This document shows, piece after piece, positions 40,181 to 49,422 of a stretch of DNA of 64,000 nt. Origin of the DNA: Roseibacillus sp. (GTDB lineage Bacteria; Verrucomicrobiota; Verrucomicrobiia; Verrucomicrobiales; Akkermansiaceae); assembly GCA_051251855.1 (NCBI GenBank), contig JBPOGI010000007.1, forward strand, positions 256,001 through 320,000. The letters run 5' to 3'. The notes beneath the pieces were generated by a model that worked only from the letters and a program-made list of their open reading frames with translations, had not been told where the DNA came from and made no database searches. Position numbers and translations under genes: made by a program. The first letter of the stretch is position 1. The number at the start of each line of letters is the position of its first letter.

Positions 40181-40953
40181 TACTCCGCCTTTTGCTCAAA
40201 TTTCAATTCCACGACGCCTGATGCGCCCCCCTCCAACTCGAAGCCTCTATCGAAAAGCCCCTGCAGCATCTTTCGAATCGTCTTCTCAATCTCCCCCTCA
40301 GCGCCATCGACCGCTCCCGCAAAGGCCAGCGAACCATCGCGTTCGAGCACCACCGACCATACCGCAGAACGAATCGCAGGGACGGGCCCATTCCATGGCA
40401 ATACCCTTTCGCTTAAAATCTCACTCATCTCCCCCTGCCCCCTCAAAGTCACCTCCCACTGCAACTCAGTCGACACTTCAAGCTGTGGCCATGAGTCCTC
40501 TCCGATTGCCGGCAACGCTGGCAATTTGAAGGCTCCCTGCTCTTCCGTCGGCCAAGTCAGTTTGGGCTCAATCGATGGCGTGGGATAGAGTTCAAATCGT
40601 TTTTCAACCTCCTCCTCTAACCCCAACAAACTCAGCATCCCCTCCAACATCGGAGCATCAACGATCTCATTATCCACCCCCAATGACGGGAGACTCTTGT
40701 CTGAAAGCAGCTTTCTCAATGAAGGGTGCGAACCTTCCCCCACTACAATGAGCTGCGCTCGATCCACTCTCGCCCGATCAGGGGCCATCGAAGCAGGGAC
40801 TACCACCCGAACCGAAAACCAAGTTCCAACAAGAATTGCTGTCGCCAAAAGCAACGCACTCCAAAACCGAATCAGCGCCTCATCCCCTCGACTCCAAGCA
40901 AAGGTCAGCTCCCTAGGATGCCTAGAAACCCCTGATACAGACTTCGACTTCAT
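40180..40953 (-). CDS. Single-pass membrane protein downstream of exbD (possible TonB/TolA analogue)
   Basis: N-terminal TM helix, Pro-containing middle, ATGA overlap with the exbD-like stop. Confidence 0.65.
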   Translation of the reverse strand: MKSKSVSGVSRHPRELTFAWSRGDEALIRFWSALLLATAILVGTWFSVRVVVPASMAPDRARVDRAQLIVVGEGSHPSLRKLLSDKSLPSLGVDNEIVDAPMLEGMLSLLGLEEEVEKRFELYPTPSIEPKLTWPTEEQGAFKLPALPAIGEDSWPQLEVSTELQWEVTLRGQGEMSEILSERVLPWNGPVPAIRSAVWSVVLERDGSLAFAGAVDGAEGEIEKTIRKMLQGLFDRGFELEGGASGVVELKFEQKAE

Positions 40954-41372
40954 GACGCGGGTGCCTGGAGAGTGGGTTCCGCAAGCAAACCGCACTCCAA
41001 TCCCTCCCTCAAAATCATTTCACTTAAGCGCAGCTGCAACGTCGCCGGCAACCGTCGATCAGCCCGCAAAAGCACCATCCGCAAGCCCTCTTCATCACGC
41101 TTGCGACGCAGTGATGCAATCAACTCCTTCTCCGACACCGAGCGCGATCCCAAATAATAAACTGGCTCCACCGCCCCCTTCACCGTCAGCACCAGGGCCT
41201 CATTCGGCGCAGGAAACTTAGTCTCACTCTGCGGCAAAGTCACCGCCACTCCGGATCGATGCACCAGACCTGCTGACACAAAACCTAACAACATGATAAG
41301 CACCAAAATATCAAGTGCCGCAAAAGCATGCAGAGGCCCAGGCTTTTCATCAAGTGTCAGGGAAACATTCAA
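40950..41372 (-). CDS. exbD: ExbD/TolR-family biopolymer transporter
   Basis: ALDILVLIMLL TM helix with conserved Asp, VTLP, VLLRADR. Confidence 0.8.
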   Translation of the reverse strand: MNVSLTLDEKPGPLHAFAALDILVLIMLLGFVSAGLVHRSGVAVTLPQSETKFPAPNEALVLTVKGAVEPVYYLGSRSVSEKELIASLRRKRDEEGLRMVLLRADRRLPATLQLRLSEMILREGLECGLLAEPTLQAPAS

Positions 41373-41384
41373 AGCCTTATTACT

Positions 41385-42065
41385 TTACGAGCCCTTCCCC
41401 GAACGACGGGTCACGGTCTCAGACATCTTCTCTCGCATCAACACCACGTCCGCTTGGTCGCGCGCATCCATAATCAAATTCACCATCTCAATTCCCGTGC
41501 GCTCCAGGTCGCCCAAAAGCGCACGCGCCTTCCCTAACAACACCAGATAAAGTCCGTAGGCCGCCGTCGCAATCGCAAGCCCCACCACCGTCGTCACCAA
41601 GCTCTCGAAGATTCCACGAGCCAGTGTCGATTGCGCTACCGTCGACCCCACCTCCACCACATTACCAAAGACATCTAACAAGCCCAGCGCAGTCCCTAAC
41701 AATCCAGTCAAAGGAGCCATCATCGCAATCGCCAATAGTGGCCTCAAATTTCGCTCAATGCGCGGCACTTCGATCTTCACCGACTCCTCCGCCACTTCTC
41801 GCAAATTCGTCCTCGGCAGAGCATGCCGAATCAATACCGAATGCGCCACCCGTGCCGCCGGCCCCCGCTCGCGGCTCGCTTCATAAATCGCCTCCGAAAA
41901 GCCCTGCTTACTAATGTGCACCTGCAAACCACGCAGCAGATCAGGCACGCGCGTCTTCACTGTCTGAAAAAAGAGCAACCGCTCTAAGATCAGCACCAGA
42001 CCCACAAAAGCCAACACGAGCTGCACCCACAAAATAGGCCCACCCGCTTCCAACAGTTCTCTCAC
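41385..42065 (-). CDS. exbB: MotA/TolQ/ExbB proton-channel protein
   Basis: APLTGLLGTALGL, GIFESLVTTVVGL; GTG 42065 lies 6 nt after TAACTT. Confidence 0.85.
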   Translation of the reverse strand: MRELLEAGGPILWVQLVLAFVGLVLILERLLFFQTVKTRVPDLLRGLQVHISKQGFSEAIYEASRERGPAARVAHSVLIRHALPRTNLREVAEESVKIEVPRIERNLRPLLAIAMMAPLTGLLGTALGLLDVFGNVVEVGSTVAQSTLARGIFESLVTTVVGLAIATAAYGLYLVLLGKARALLGDLERTGIEMVNLIMDARDQADVVLMREKMSETVTRRSGKGS

Positions 42066-42307
42066 CCCCAAAAGTTACCCAAGTCCCCGCCAAAGAGCGA
42101 GCCCCTTCCGAGTCAAAGCTTTCCGCGTCAAATCTCCCCGACGAAACGACCCACAAACCCCTCTACAGCGACATTATGTCTCAAAAAGCACTCATTCAAA
42201 CGAACCCCCGTTAAAACGTAACTCTCTGATTAAGAGCAACAAACGGTTATTTCAGTATCTTTGGATCGCGTAATGCATTCCCTTCTCCGTCTGAAAACAG
42301 AAATATT

Positions 42308-42697
42308 ATGACTACATCAAACTGCAATACTCAACCATCCGTTGTTCTCAATGAACTCTTCCGCAACTTCGCCCCCTCACGCTCCGCCAACCCTTGGCGC
42401 TGGACCGAAAAGGACGAAGCATGGAAAGGCGAACTCGATCTACCCGGCTTTGCCAAAGAGGAAGTGACCGTCTTTATCGACAAAGACCGCGTCCTCTCCG
42501 TAGAGGCCAAACAACCCGAGCTCGCCGAGGGCGAAGAACGCGAATTTAGCCGCAGCGACGTCAGCTATCGACTCCGACTTCCCCGCGAAGCGGATGCCGA
42601 AAAGCTCGCCGCCGGCCTCGAGAACGGAGTCCTCCGCGTGACCCTCCCAAAGGTCACCCCCGACTCCAAAATCGAACGCCGAATCGACCTCAACTAA
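42308..42697 (+). CDS. Hsp20/alpha-crystallin small heat-shock protein
   Basis: LDLPGF, AGLENGVLRVTLPK, C-terminal IxL motif. Confidence 0.9.
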   Translation: MTTSNCNTQPSVVLNELFRNFAPSRSANPWRWTEKDEAWKGELDLPGFAKEEVTVFIDKDRVLSVEAKQPELAEGEEREFSRSDVSYRLRLPREADAEKLAAGLENGVLRVTLPKVTPDSKIERRIDLN

Positions 42698-42725
42698 CTT
42701 TCATGGCATAGGTGAATTGATTGGT

Positions 42726-42762
42726 AAAAGGCCGCTCTGGAAACAGGGCGGTCCTTTTTTTT
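42726..42762 (+). terminator. Rho-independent terminator
   Basis: GCCGCTCTG-GAAA-CAGGGCGGT followed by a T-run. Confidence 0.75.
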
Positions 42763-42843
42763 ACCTCGTCGTTTTGGAATCTTAGCCTTCTTGCCTTAAC
42801 TAAGCACTAGACAGCGGCCCTTCTCTCCGCAAAGTTAGGACAT

Positions 42844-43152
42844 ATGCAAGAAGCCACCTCTCAAATCCGCGATTTTCTCCAGTTTATCGCTCTCAGCTTC
42901 ATCGAGCACCCCGACCAGGCCCAGCTCCGTGTCGGCCAGCCCGAAGACGGGCACCTCAGCTTTCGCCTCATTCTCGCCCACGAAGACGTTGCCCAGCTCA
43001 TTGGTCGCAACGGCTTCACCGCCAGTGCTATTCGCAACGTCGTCAACAGCGTGGCCGCCCGCGAGAATATCAAGGTCACCCTCCGCATCCATTCCGTTGA
43101 GGAAGAGCAGCAGCGCATGGCTGAGATGGAAGCCAAAGAAATGCTCGATTAG
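42844..43152 (+). CDS. KH-domain RNA-binding protein (KhpA-like)
   Basis: EDVAQLIGRNGFTASAIR with a GxxG loop. Confidence 0.85.
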   Translation: MQEATSQIRDFLQFIALSFIEHPDQAQLRVGQPEDGHLSFRLILAHEDVAQLIGRNGFTASAIRNVVNSVAARENIKVTLRIHSVEEEQQRMAEMEAKEMLD

Positions 43153-43162
43153 AGAGAGCACG

Positions 43163-43546
43163 ATGACTCCTCCCAAAGAGCATCGACTCTACGACGTCAT
43201 TCTCAAACAAGTTCTCTGGGATGAGGACGAGGTAAAGATACGCAAACGTCTCGCCGTCAACGAGGTCAACGAGGACCTCGCAGAGGCCATCATACAGACC
43301 GCGCGCAAAGAGCGGATTTATCTCCTGAGAGCACGCAGCAGAGACACCCTCATCAAAGGTCTGGTAGCCTTCCTTTCAGGCTGTGCCGTACTTGGGGGCT
43401 TTTGGATTCGTATGGGCGCCTTCCACATCGGAGTCATCGCTGGCTCAGCTATCTTCTTGCTCGCTGGACTCGGCCTCATACTTGCAGGAGCTCTCGGCTA
43501 CCTAGCAGCTCCGACAAAAAAAGGCTCTGTGGCCGACGAAGGTTAA
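43163..43546 (+). CDS. Hypothetical two-TM membrane protein
   Basis: ATG 43163 follows a purine-rich tract; two C-terminal hydrophobic helices. Confidence 0.7.
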   Translation: MTPPKEHRLYDVILKQVLWDEDEVKIRKRLAVNEVNEDLAEAIIQTARKERIYLLRARSRDTLIKGLVAFLSGCAVLGGFWIRMGAFHIGVIAGSAIFLLAGLGLILAGALGYLAAPTKKGSVADEG

Positions 43547-43561
43547 ATTCACCGCCCTCAC

Positions 43562-43588
43562 AAAAAAAGCAGCCCCGCAGGACTGCTT
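43562..43588 (-). terminator. Terminator of pfkA
   Basis: A7-GCAGCCC-CGCA-GGACTGCTT between convergent genes. Confidence 0.65.
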
Positions 43589-43612
43589 CTCAAAAGATAG
43601 TTTCGGAAGTTC

Positions 43613-44683
43613 CTACTGTCCGAAGCAGATTCCAATCGCTTTCGCGGCATTCACTACTTCTCCATCGGGATCAACGGTCCGAATCTTGTGAACCGCATCG
43701 AGAATCGGAACCGAACCTACATGGTAGGACTGGTAGCTGACCATCTGACCAAAGTTGCCTTCGCTCGCTAGGTTCACCGCCATCACCCCAAATCGGAGTC
43801 CAAGAATCCGGTCCAAGGCAGTCGGGCCTCCACCCCGTTGTAAGTGACCCAAGGTGCAAGAACGCGTCTCTTTACCCGTCAACTTCTCAATCTCCGCAGC
43901 AACTACTGCTCCGATTCCCCCTAGGTGAACTTCTCCACCGCTCAGGTTCTCCTTCGCCACCAGACCATCCGGCAACTTCGCGCCCTCAGCCACCACGATC
44001 AACGAACTGTGATGTCCCTGCGCTTCCCTTAACTTAATAAAGTCCGCGACTTTCTCCATTTCAAAGGGCATCTCGGGAAGAAGGACCACATCAGCACCTC
44101 CAGCCATTCCACCCCAAAGAGCAATCCAACCCGCATGTCGTCCCATCACCTCGAGAACCATCACCCGCTTGTGAGAAGAAGCCGTGGTATTCAGACGATC
44201 AAGCCCGTCGACAACAGTCGTCACCGCACTATCGAATCCAAAGGTCATCGCCGTGGCTTGAAGATCGTTGTCGATCGTTTTAGGAACGCCGATTACCGGC
44301 CAACCATCTTCATAAAGTTGATGCGCCGTAGTCAAAGACCCGTCACCACCCACAATCACGAGAGCGCCAATTTCGAGCTGATCGAGCGTCTTCTTCGCCT
44401 TATCAATAATCTCCTGCGGCACCTTGGCCACATCACCAGCACCAATCTTTGCGGCAAAATTCCCCTTATTGGTCGTGCCCAAAATAGTGCCGCCCAACTT
44501 CAAAATTCCTGCGGTATCGGAGCGCTTCAAAAATTTAAAGTCACCCGGAGGCAACAGTCCTTCGAAGCCGTCGCGAAATCCCACCGTTTCCCAACCTTTT
44601 TCACTCGCTGCCCCCACAACCCCGTGAATCACGGCGTTCAGTCCCGGGCAATCGCCCCCACTATTTAAAATTCCTATGCGCAT
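43613..44683 (-). CDS. pfkA: 6-phosphofructokinase (group III-type signature)
   Basis: SGGDCPGLNAVI, GGTILGT, GGDGS, PKTIDND, EVMGR, LGHLQRGG. Confidence 0.93.
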   Translation of the reverse strand: MRIGILNSGGDCPGLNAVIHGVVGAASEKGWETVGFRDGFEGLLPPGDFKFLKRSDTAGILKLGGTILGTTNKGNFAAKIGAGDVAKVPQEIIDKAKKTLDQLEIGALVIVGGDGSLTTAHQLYEDGWPVIGVPKTIDNDLQATAMTFGFDSAVTTVVDGLDRLNTTASSHKRVMVLEVMGRHAGWIALWGGMAGGADVVLLPEMPFEMEKVADFIKLREAQGHHSSLIVVAEGAKLPDGLVAKENLSGGEVHLGGIGAVVAAEIEKLTGKETRSCTLGHLQRGGGPTALDRILGLRFGVMAVNLASEGNFGQMVSYQSYHVGSVPILDAVHKIRTVDPDGEVVNAAKAIGICFGQ

Positions 44684-44728
44684 ACTGTTCTCTTTTTTAA
44701 AACTGTTCGTGTCTAAGACCTCATCAAA

Positions 44729-45718
44729 TCACTGAAGCTTTGGAACGGAAAGAACTTCTTGTTGTTGATTGATCGCCGCCGCTCCAAACTCCGGCACTTG
44801 CTGCAATTGGTCATAAGAAGCCCAACCAGCATTCAACAGACCAAGAGCGCGTCCTTCCCGCTGTGTGCTATTGAGAACGACCACGATCATCCGACGCGGA
44901 GTGATTCGCGCTTTTCCACCCTCAAGCTTTTCGACCAATGATTTACGCTCAGCAGAAATCATCAGACAAGGACCCGAAAGCGCTGTCTGGCCAGCCTTGA
45001 GCCCATTGATTCCCTGCTGCCCCACCAATTGATTCGTATTCGAGACATTGAAGGCAATGGACTGACCCGCCCGAGAAAACCCAATCCGACGCGATTTCTG
45101 CTCCGTGTAAAAGGCCATTCCCGGATGCCGCATGGCATAAATTGCCAGCCGCGCCATATCACTAGCCGTCGATTTTCCGCCATCGCTGCCGTGTGCATTT
45201 ACAAAGCGCGTGCGACTCATCCCTAGAGCACCCGCCAATTGATTCATCTCCCCCACAAAGGTCTCTGTAATCGAACCGAATCGACTCCCGCGCGATTGCT
45301 GGAGCTGGTTTCCGACGAAAGCCGCCACCGTCTGCGCCGACACCATATCCGAACCCATCAGCATCGAGTACAACGCATCGCGCAGAGCAATCTCATCTCC
45401 TGGCTGCAATCCCATCGGATTTGGACCCGTAATCGACACCACATCAGGCGGCACAATTGCCTTTTGGGCTAAACTACTCCCCGTCGCCGTCGCCCAGTCG
45501 AAGGTCACCACCGCTGTGGACACCTGGCTCAAGCTGGCTACCGAGCGGGAAGCAGTCGCATTGTGGCTGGCCACAACCTTCCCAGAGTGAGCTTCAACCG
45601 CAATATAAGCCTCTCCACCCGAGTCCGGGCCTCCTCCCACTGTCATTCCCGTGCCCACACAGCTGGGAAGGATCGCTGCGCAAAGCACCGCTAAAGTCGG
45701 GTAGAAAAATCGTTTCAT
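44729..45718 (-). CDS. Peptidase S11 (D-Ala-D-Ala carboxypeptidase fold) lipoprotein with degenerate active site
   Basis: Lipobox LPSC; EMNQLAGALGMSRTRFVNAHG, STASDMARL, NTNQL; catalytic motifs read SLSQ, SDM and KAG. Confidence 0.82.
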   Translation of the reverse strand: MKRFFYPTLAVLCAAILPSCVGTGMTVGGGPDSGGEAYIAVEAHSGKVVASHNATASRSVASLSQVSTAVVTFDWATATGSSLAQKAIVPPDVVSITGPNPMGLQPGDEIALRDALYSMLMGSDMVSAQTVAAFVGNQLQQSRGSRFGSITETFVGEMNQLAGALGMSRTRFVNAHGSDGGKSTASDMARLAIYAMRHPGMAFYTEQKSRRIGFSRAGQSIAFNVSNTNQLVGQQGINGLKAGQTALSGPCLMISAERKSLVEKLEGGKARITPRRMIVVVLNSTQREGRALGLLNAGWASYDQLQQVPEFGAAAINQQQEVLSVPKLQ

Positions 45719-45787
45719 CTCGCCAAATGCAATCCCACGAGGCTCTTTTCGCAAGAAAAATGAGGTGCATCGCCACCGATTCCACCC

Positions 45788-45816
45788 TTGCAGGTCGCAA
45801 GGTCTTGCATTAGCTT
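45788..45816 (+). promoter_or_regulatory. Candidate sigma70 promoter about 335 nt upstream of the RRM gene
   Basis: TTGCAG-N17-TAGCTT. Confidence 0.45.
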
Positions 45817-46150
45817 CGCGCCGTCGAAAGACCGGACCCGATGCGAAACTACGACTGCCCTAGCACTTCTTCTCCGCTGGAGTCGTATTCTTCGAGCAAG
45901 GTGTCCACAGCCCACTTAGGGGCAAGACCATTCGTGGAATCTTCCGAAGCATCCACCCCCGGTATTCCGACACACACCCGATCCGTTCCTCGGGATCACC
46001 GCCAATTTTCCGGAAACTTCTTTCATGAAAGAACCGCACTCAAACCGCCTTTACGGCGAATGAGACCTGCGACAATTCGTGGTAGCAGACATTCCCTTGC
46101 TTATTCTGTGGCGGTCTTCCCAGTTCGAACGGACGAACCGAAACAAGACA

Positions 46151-47008
46151 ATGTCTGAACAGAACCAAAATCGAAACAACCGCAGTGGCGGAAATGGCGG
46201 AAATCGCAATCGTAACCAAAACCGCAGAGGCGGACAGGGAGGCGGACAAGGCGGCAACCGTAGCCAAGGAGGCAATCGCAACAACCGTGGCGGCAATAGC
46301 GGCGGCGGTGGCAATGCCGGTGACAAGCGCAACGAATTACAACCCTCACGCGGACGGCGTCCACGCAAGAAGCCCCTCACCTTCTGGCAAAAATGCCTCA
46401 AGGCAGTCGGACTTTACAAAGAGACCGACGCACCAGCCAAAGGAAGCCAACAAAAGAGCGGACAACAAAACAACGCCTCCAAAAAGCAGGCAGCGAAGAA
46501 GTCCGGCCGTGTTTCCGGCGGTGGACGTGTTGAAAAAGGCCAAAGCCAAGGGCAAAGAGAAGGCCAAAAGCCTCGCCAACCGCGCAAAAAGACTCCCCCA
46601 CCGACCAAAGTCGAAACCCCTCGTCTCTACGTCGGCAACCTCTCCTACGATGCCACCGAGTATGACCTAGAAGAACTCTTCAAAGGCGTTGGCGCCGTCC
46701 GCAAGGTCGAACTGGTCTACAACCGCCACACCCACAAGTCCAAAGGCTACGGATTCGTTAATATGGCTAACATGGAAGAGGCCGAGCGCGCCGTCGAGGT
46801 GCTCCACGACCAACCCTTCATGGGCCGTAAGATGATCGTCAACGGAGCCCGCTCCAAAGGCCCCAACGACAGCGGTCCAAAGCCCGAGGCGAACGGGGAC
46901 TCTGTAGAGGAACCCAAGCAGGAAAGCGCACCCACCACTCCGGCCCCTGCGTCCGACGTTCCTGCGGAAGAAGAAGTTCACTCCCTCGCCCCGGACAAAC
47001 CGCAATAG
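46151..47008 (+). CDS. RRM RNA-binding protein with a long Gly/Asn/Arg/Gln-rich disordered N-terminus
   Basis: RNP2 LYVGNL and RNP1 KGYGFVNM; N-terminal NRNNRSGGNGG...RGG tract. Confidence 0.92.
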   Translation: MSEQNQNRNNRSGGNGGNRNRNQNRRGGQGGGQGGNRSQGGNRNNRGGNSGGGGNAGDKRNELQPSRGRRPRKKPLTFWQKCLKAVGLYKETDAPAKGSQQKSGQQNNASKKQAAKKSGRVSGGGRVEKGQSQGQREGQKPRQPRKKTPPPTKVETPRLYVGNLSYDATEYDLEELFKGVGAVRKVELVYNRHTHKSKGYGFVNMANMEEAERAVEVLHDQPFMGRKMIVNGARSKGPNDSGPKPEANGDSVEEPKQESAPTTPAPASDVPAEEEVHSLAPDKPQ

Positions 47009-47030
47009 CCTTCTGACACGAAACATTCTC

Positions 47031-47066
47031 AAACCTCTCGCTGGCCTGCGCCACGAGGGGTTTTTT
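47031..47066 (+). terminator. Rho-independent terminator
   Basis: AAACCTCTCG-CTGGC...GCCA-CGAGGGG followed by T6. Confidence 0.7.
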
Positions 47067-47137
47067 CTTATCGGGGAATCACTCCACTGACTCAAAGCCC
47101 CCTTCTCCCCAAGCTCTTGTCCTGCTTCCCTTTCCCC

Positions 47138-49342
47138 GTGCGCTGGCTCCTTCTTGCTCTTCTTCTTCCCCTCACCTCGTGTCGGGAGAAAGACCCTTGG
47201 GCGGGTGACCCCAATGTCCCCTCCAAAATTTCCTTCAACCAACACATTCGCCCCCTCCTGACTCGCGAGTGCCTTCAGTGCCATAACGAAGAGAACTCCA
47301 TGGCAGGACTCAGTCTCGACCGCCCCTCTGGCGTCGCCTCCGTCACCTCCGACAACAGCCCCAAGAAATCCCTTCTCTGGGAAAAAATCGTCGCCGACCA
47401 CCCCATCGTCCTTCCCGAGCGCGACAAAGCCATCCTCTGGCGCTGGATCAAACAAGGCACTCCCACCGAGAGCCACTGGGCCGCCCTTCCCATTGCCAAC
47501 GGCTCCGCTCGACCACACTCTCTCTCCGCAGAATCCCCAGTCGAAGACCAAGAATTCGCTTTTCTCGCACGCTCTCTCTTTGGTCGCAACCCCAACCCCG
47601 CCGAAGTCACTTACAACAATCAACACCAACCCGCGCGTGGCGACCTCATCGACAGCATGCTGCGACAAAGACCCTTCGCCGAATTCTTCAAGACCCGCCT
47701 CCTCCTCCTCTCCGGTGCTCGCCCCGTTTCCACCGACAGCACCTTCGCCCCCTACCTGCGCTGGCTCGATACCGAAATCGCCAACCCCAGCTTCGCTCTC
47801 GACGACTTCTTTCGCGAATCCCTCGCCGGTGATCTCCTCCCGGCCGCAGGCCAACAAGGTGCCATTGCCACCGCTTGGACCCGTCTCCCTCACCGCGCAG
47901 ACATCAACTCCTTGAGCCAACGAGTCGCTCAAAACCTGCTCGCCATCGACCTCACTCAACCAGCCACCCCCAACGACCTTTGGCCCAGTGCCGCCGAAGT
48001 CTTACCCGCCTTTCTTCCCACCTTCCCCCCCGCCGCCAAAGGAGACATCGCCACCCCCCCCTTCCTGCCTATCCATACCCCTCAACAAATCGAAGCCCTC
48101 AAAATATCGCAAGGCGCTGAACCTATTGCTTGGAAAGCCGCTCAAGACGTTCCTGAGTCCGCCACCGTCAATTTTGCGCAATGGCTCGCTCTAGAGGAAC
48201 CTGCTGTCAGCATCCCCGACCTCGCCGTCGCTTTTTCCTTTGATAGCGCCAGCCCCCAAGACCTCGCCCCTCAGCCCGTCGCCCGCCTGCGCCCGCCTGC
48301 CACCTTCGCCGAAGGAGTGCAAGGCACCGCTCTCGCCGCCCCCGCAAACTTCGAAGGTCTCCCCCTCTCTTCTGATCGCGCCTTCACCTTTTCCTTCTTC
48401 CTCAACTTAGCCGCCCTCCCTGAATCAGAGTCCCCCCTCTTCTTTGCACAAACGAGCCAAGGAGCCCCCGTCGGATTTCGACTCAACCTCGCCTCCGACA
48501 GCCTCACCATCGCTCTCCTCAATGGTTCATCCGCCAATGCCCTCGCAGTCAAAGCTCAAATCCTTCCCAAACCAGGCCAATGGCATCACCTTGCCATCAC
48601 CTACAACGGGTCTCGCAAAACCGAAGGGTTTCAATTCTGGATCGACGCCCAACAAGTTCCTCTCACCACCACCAACGACAACCTCTATGGCATCGCCAAA
48701 GCCCCCGCAGGAATACTTTCATTCCACAGCCCTAGCTCAGTTGAAGCCCAGCCCACCCTCCTCGACGAACTCCAAATCTATCGCAGCGTCCTGAGCGAAA
48801 TCGAAATCGCGCACCTTCGCGACGGCAAAGCCCTCCTCGAAGCCGTTCGCAACGAATTCCCTCGCGAAGACCTCCTCTTCAACTACTACCTTCGTAGTAA
48901 AAGCCCCGCTGCCCGCGACCGAACAACCCGGGCCATCAACGCCTCCAACGAGGTCTCCACCCTTCAAAACACCGGCTTCCTCGTCCCTGTCGCAGGTCCC
49001 ACTCCGACTCCAGAAATCCGCCCCACCCTCCCCTTCAACCCCCTCCCCATGAGTGCCGAACCCAATCGTCTGGGACTCGCCAACTGGCTCCTCGACGACC
49101 GCAACCCTGTCACTCCCCGCGTGCTCGCCAGCCGACTCTATCAAATGGTTCATGGAGTCAGCCTTCTCCCCAGCGAAAACATCTCCGACCCTTGGAAAAC
49201 CCCGAGCGATGCCGCACTCCTCGACTTCCTTGCTCGCGATATCTTAGTCAAGGAATGGAACCTACGCGGCATCCTCCGCACCATCCTTCTTCACCCCCCA
49301 CAGAAGACCAGCCCCGAACCACCTCAGGAAGTCTCCATCTAA
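47138..49342 (+). CDS. Planctomycete-type cytochrome c / DUF1549-like / LamG / DUF1553-like lipoprotein
   Basis: Lipobox LTSC, ISFNQHIRPLL..CLQCH (CxxCH), QWHHLAITYNGS and LDELQIY (LamG), NRLGLANWLLD.RNPVTPRV. Confidence 0.8.
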   Translation: MRWLLLALLLPLTSCREKDPWAGDPNVPSKISFNQHIRPLLTRECLQCHNEENSMAGLSLDRPSGVASVTSDNSPKKSLLWEKIVADHPIVLPERDKAILWRWIKQGTPTESHWAALPIANGSARPHSLSAESPVEDQEFAFLARSLFGRNPNPAEVTYNNQHQPARGDLIDSMLRQRPFAEFFKTRLLLLSGARPVSTDSTFAPYLRWLDTEIANPSFALDDFFRESLAGDLLPAAGQQGAIATAWTRLPHRADINSLSQRVAQNLLAIDLTQPATPNDLWPSAAEVLPAFLPTFPPAAKGDIATPPFLPIHTPQQIEALKISQGAEPIAWKAAQDVPESATVNFAQWLALEEPAVSIPDLAVAFSFDSASPQDLAPQPVARLRPPATFAEGVQGTALAAPANFEGLPLSSDRAFTFSFFLNLAALPESESPLFFAQTSQGAPVGFRLNLASDSLTIALLNGSSANALAVKAQILPKPGQWHHLAITYNGSRKTEGFQFWIDAQQVPLTTTNDNLYGIAKAPAGILSFHSPSSVEAQPTLLDELQIYRSVLSEIEIAHLRDGKALLEAVRNEFPREDLLFNYYLRSKSPAARDRTTRAINASNEVSTLQNTGFLVPVAGPTPTPEIRPTLPFNPLPMSAEPNRLGLANWLLDDRNPVTPRVLASRLYQMVHGVSLLPSENISDPWKTPSDAALLDFLARDILVKEWNLRGILRTILLHPPQKTSPEPPQEVSI

Positions 49343-49422
49343 AAAAACGGGAGGGCGTAGGCAGGCCCTGCCGCATCGAGGTCACCCTTTCCATCTCCCA
49401 AAATTTCGCTAAAGTCCCGCCC

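Noticed and set aside
42186..42276. CIRCE or sigma54 site upstream of Hsp20
   Set aside because: Only a half CIRCE-like AGCACTC is present, and TGGATC-N5-ATGC is a weak sigma54 match.
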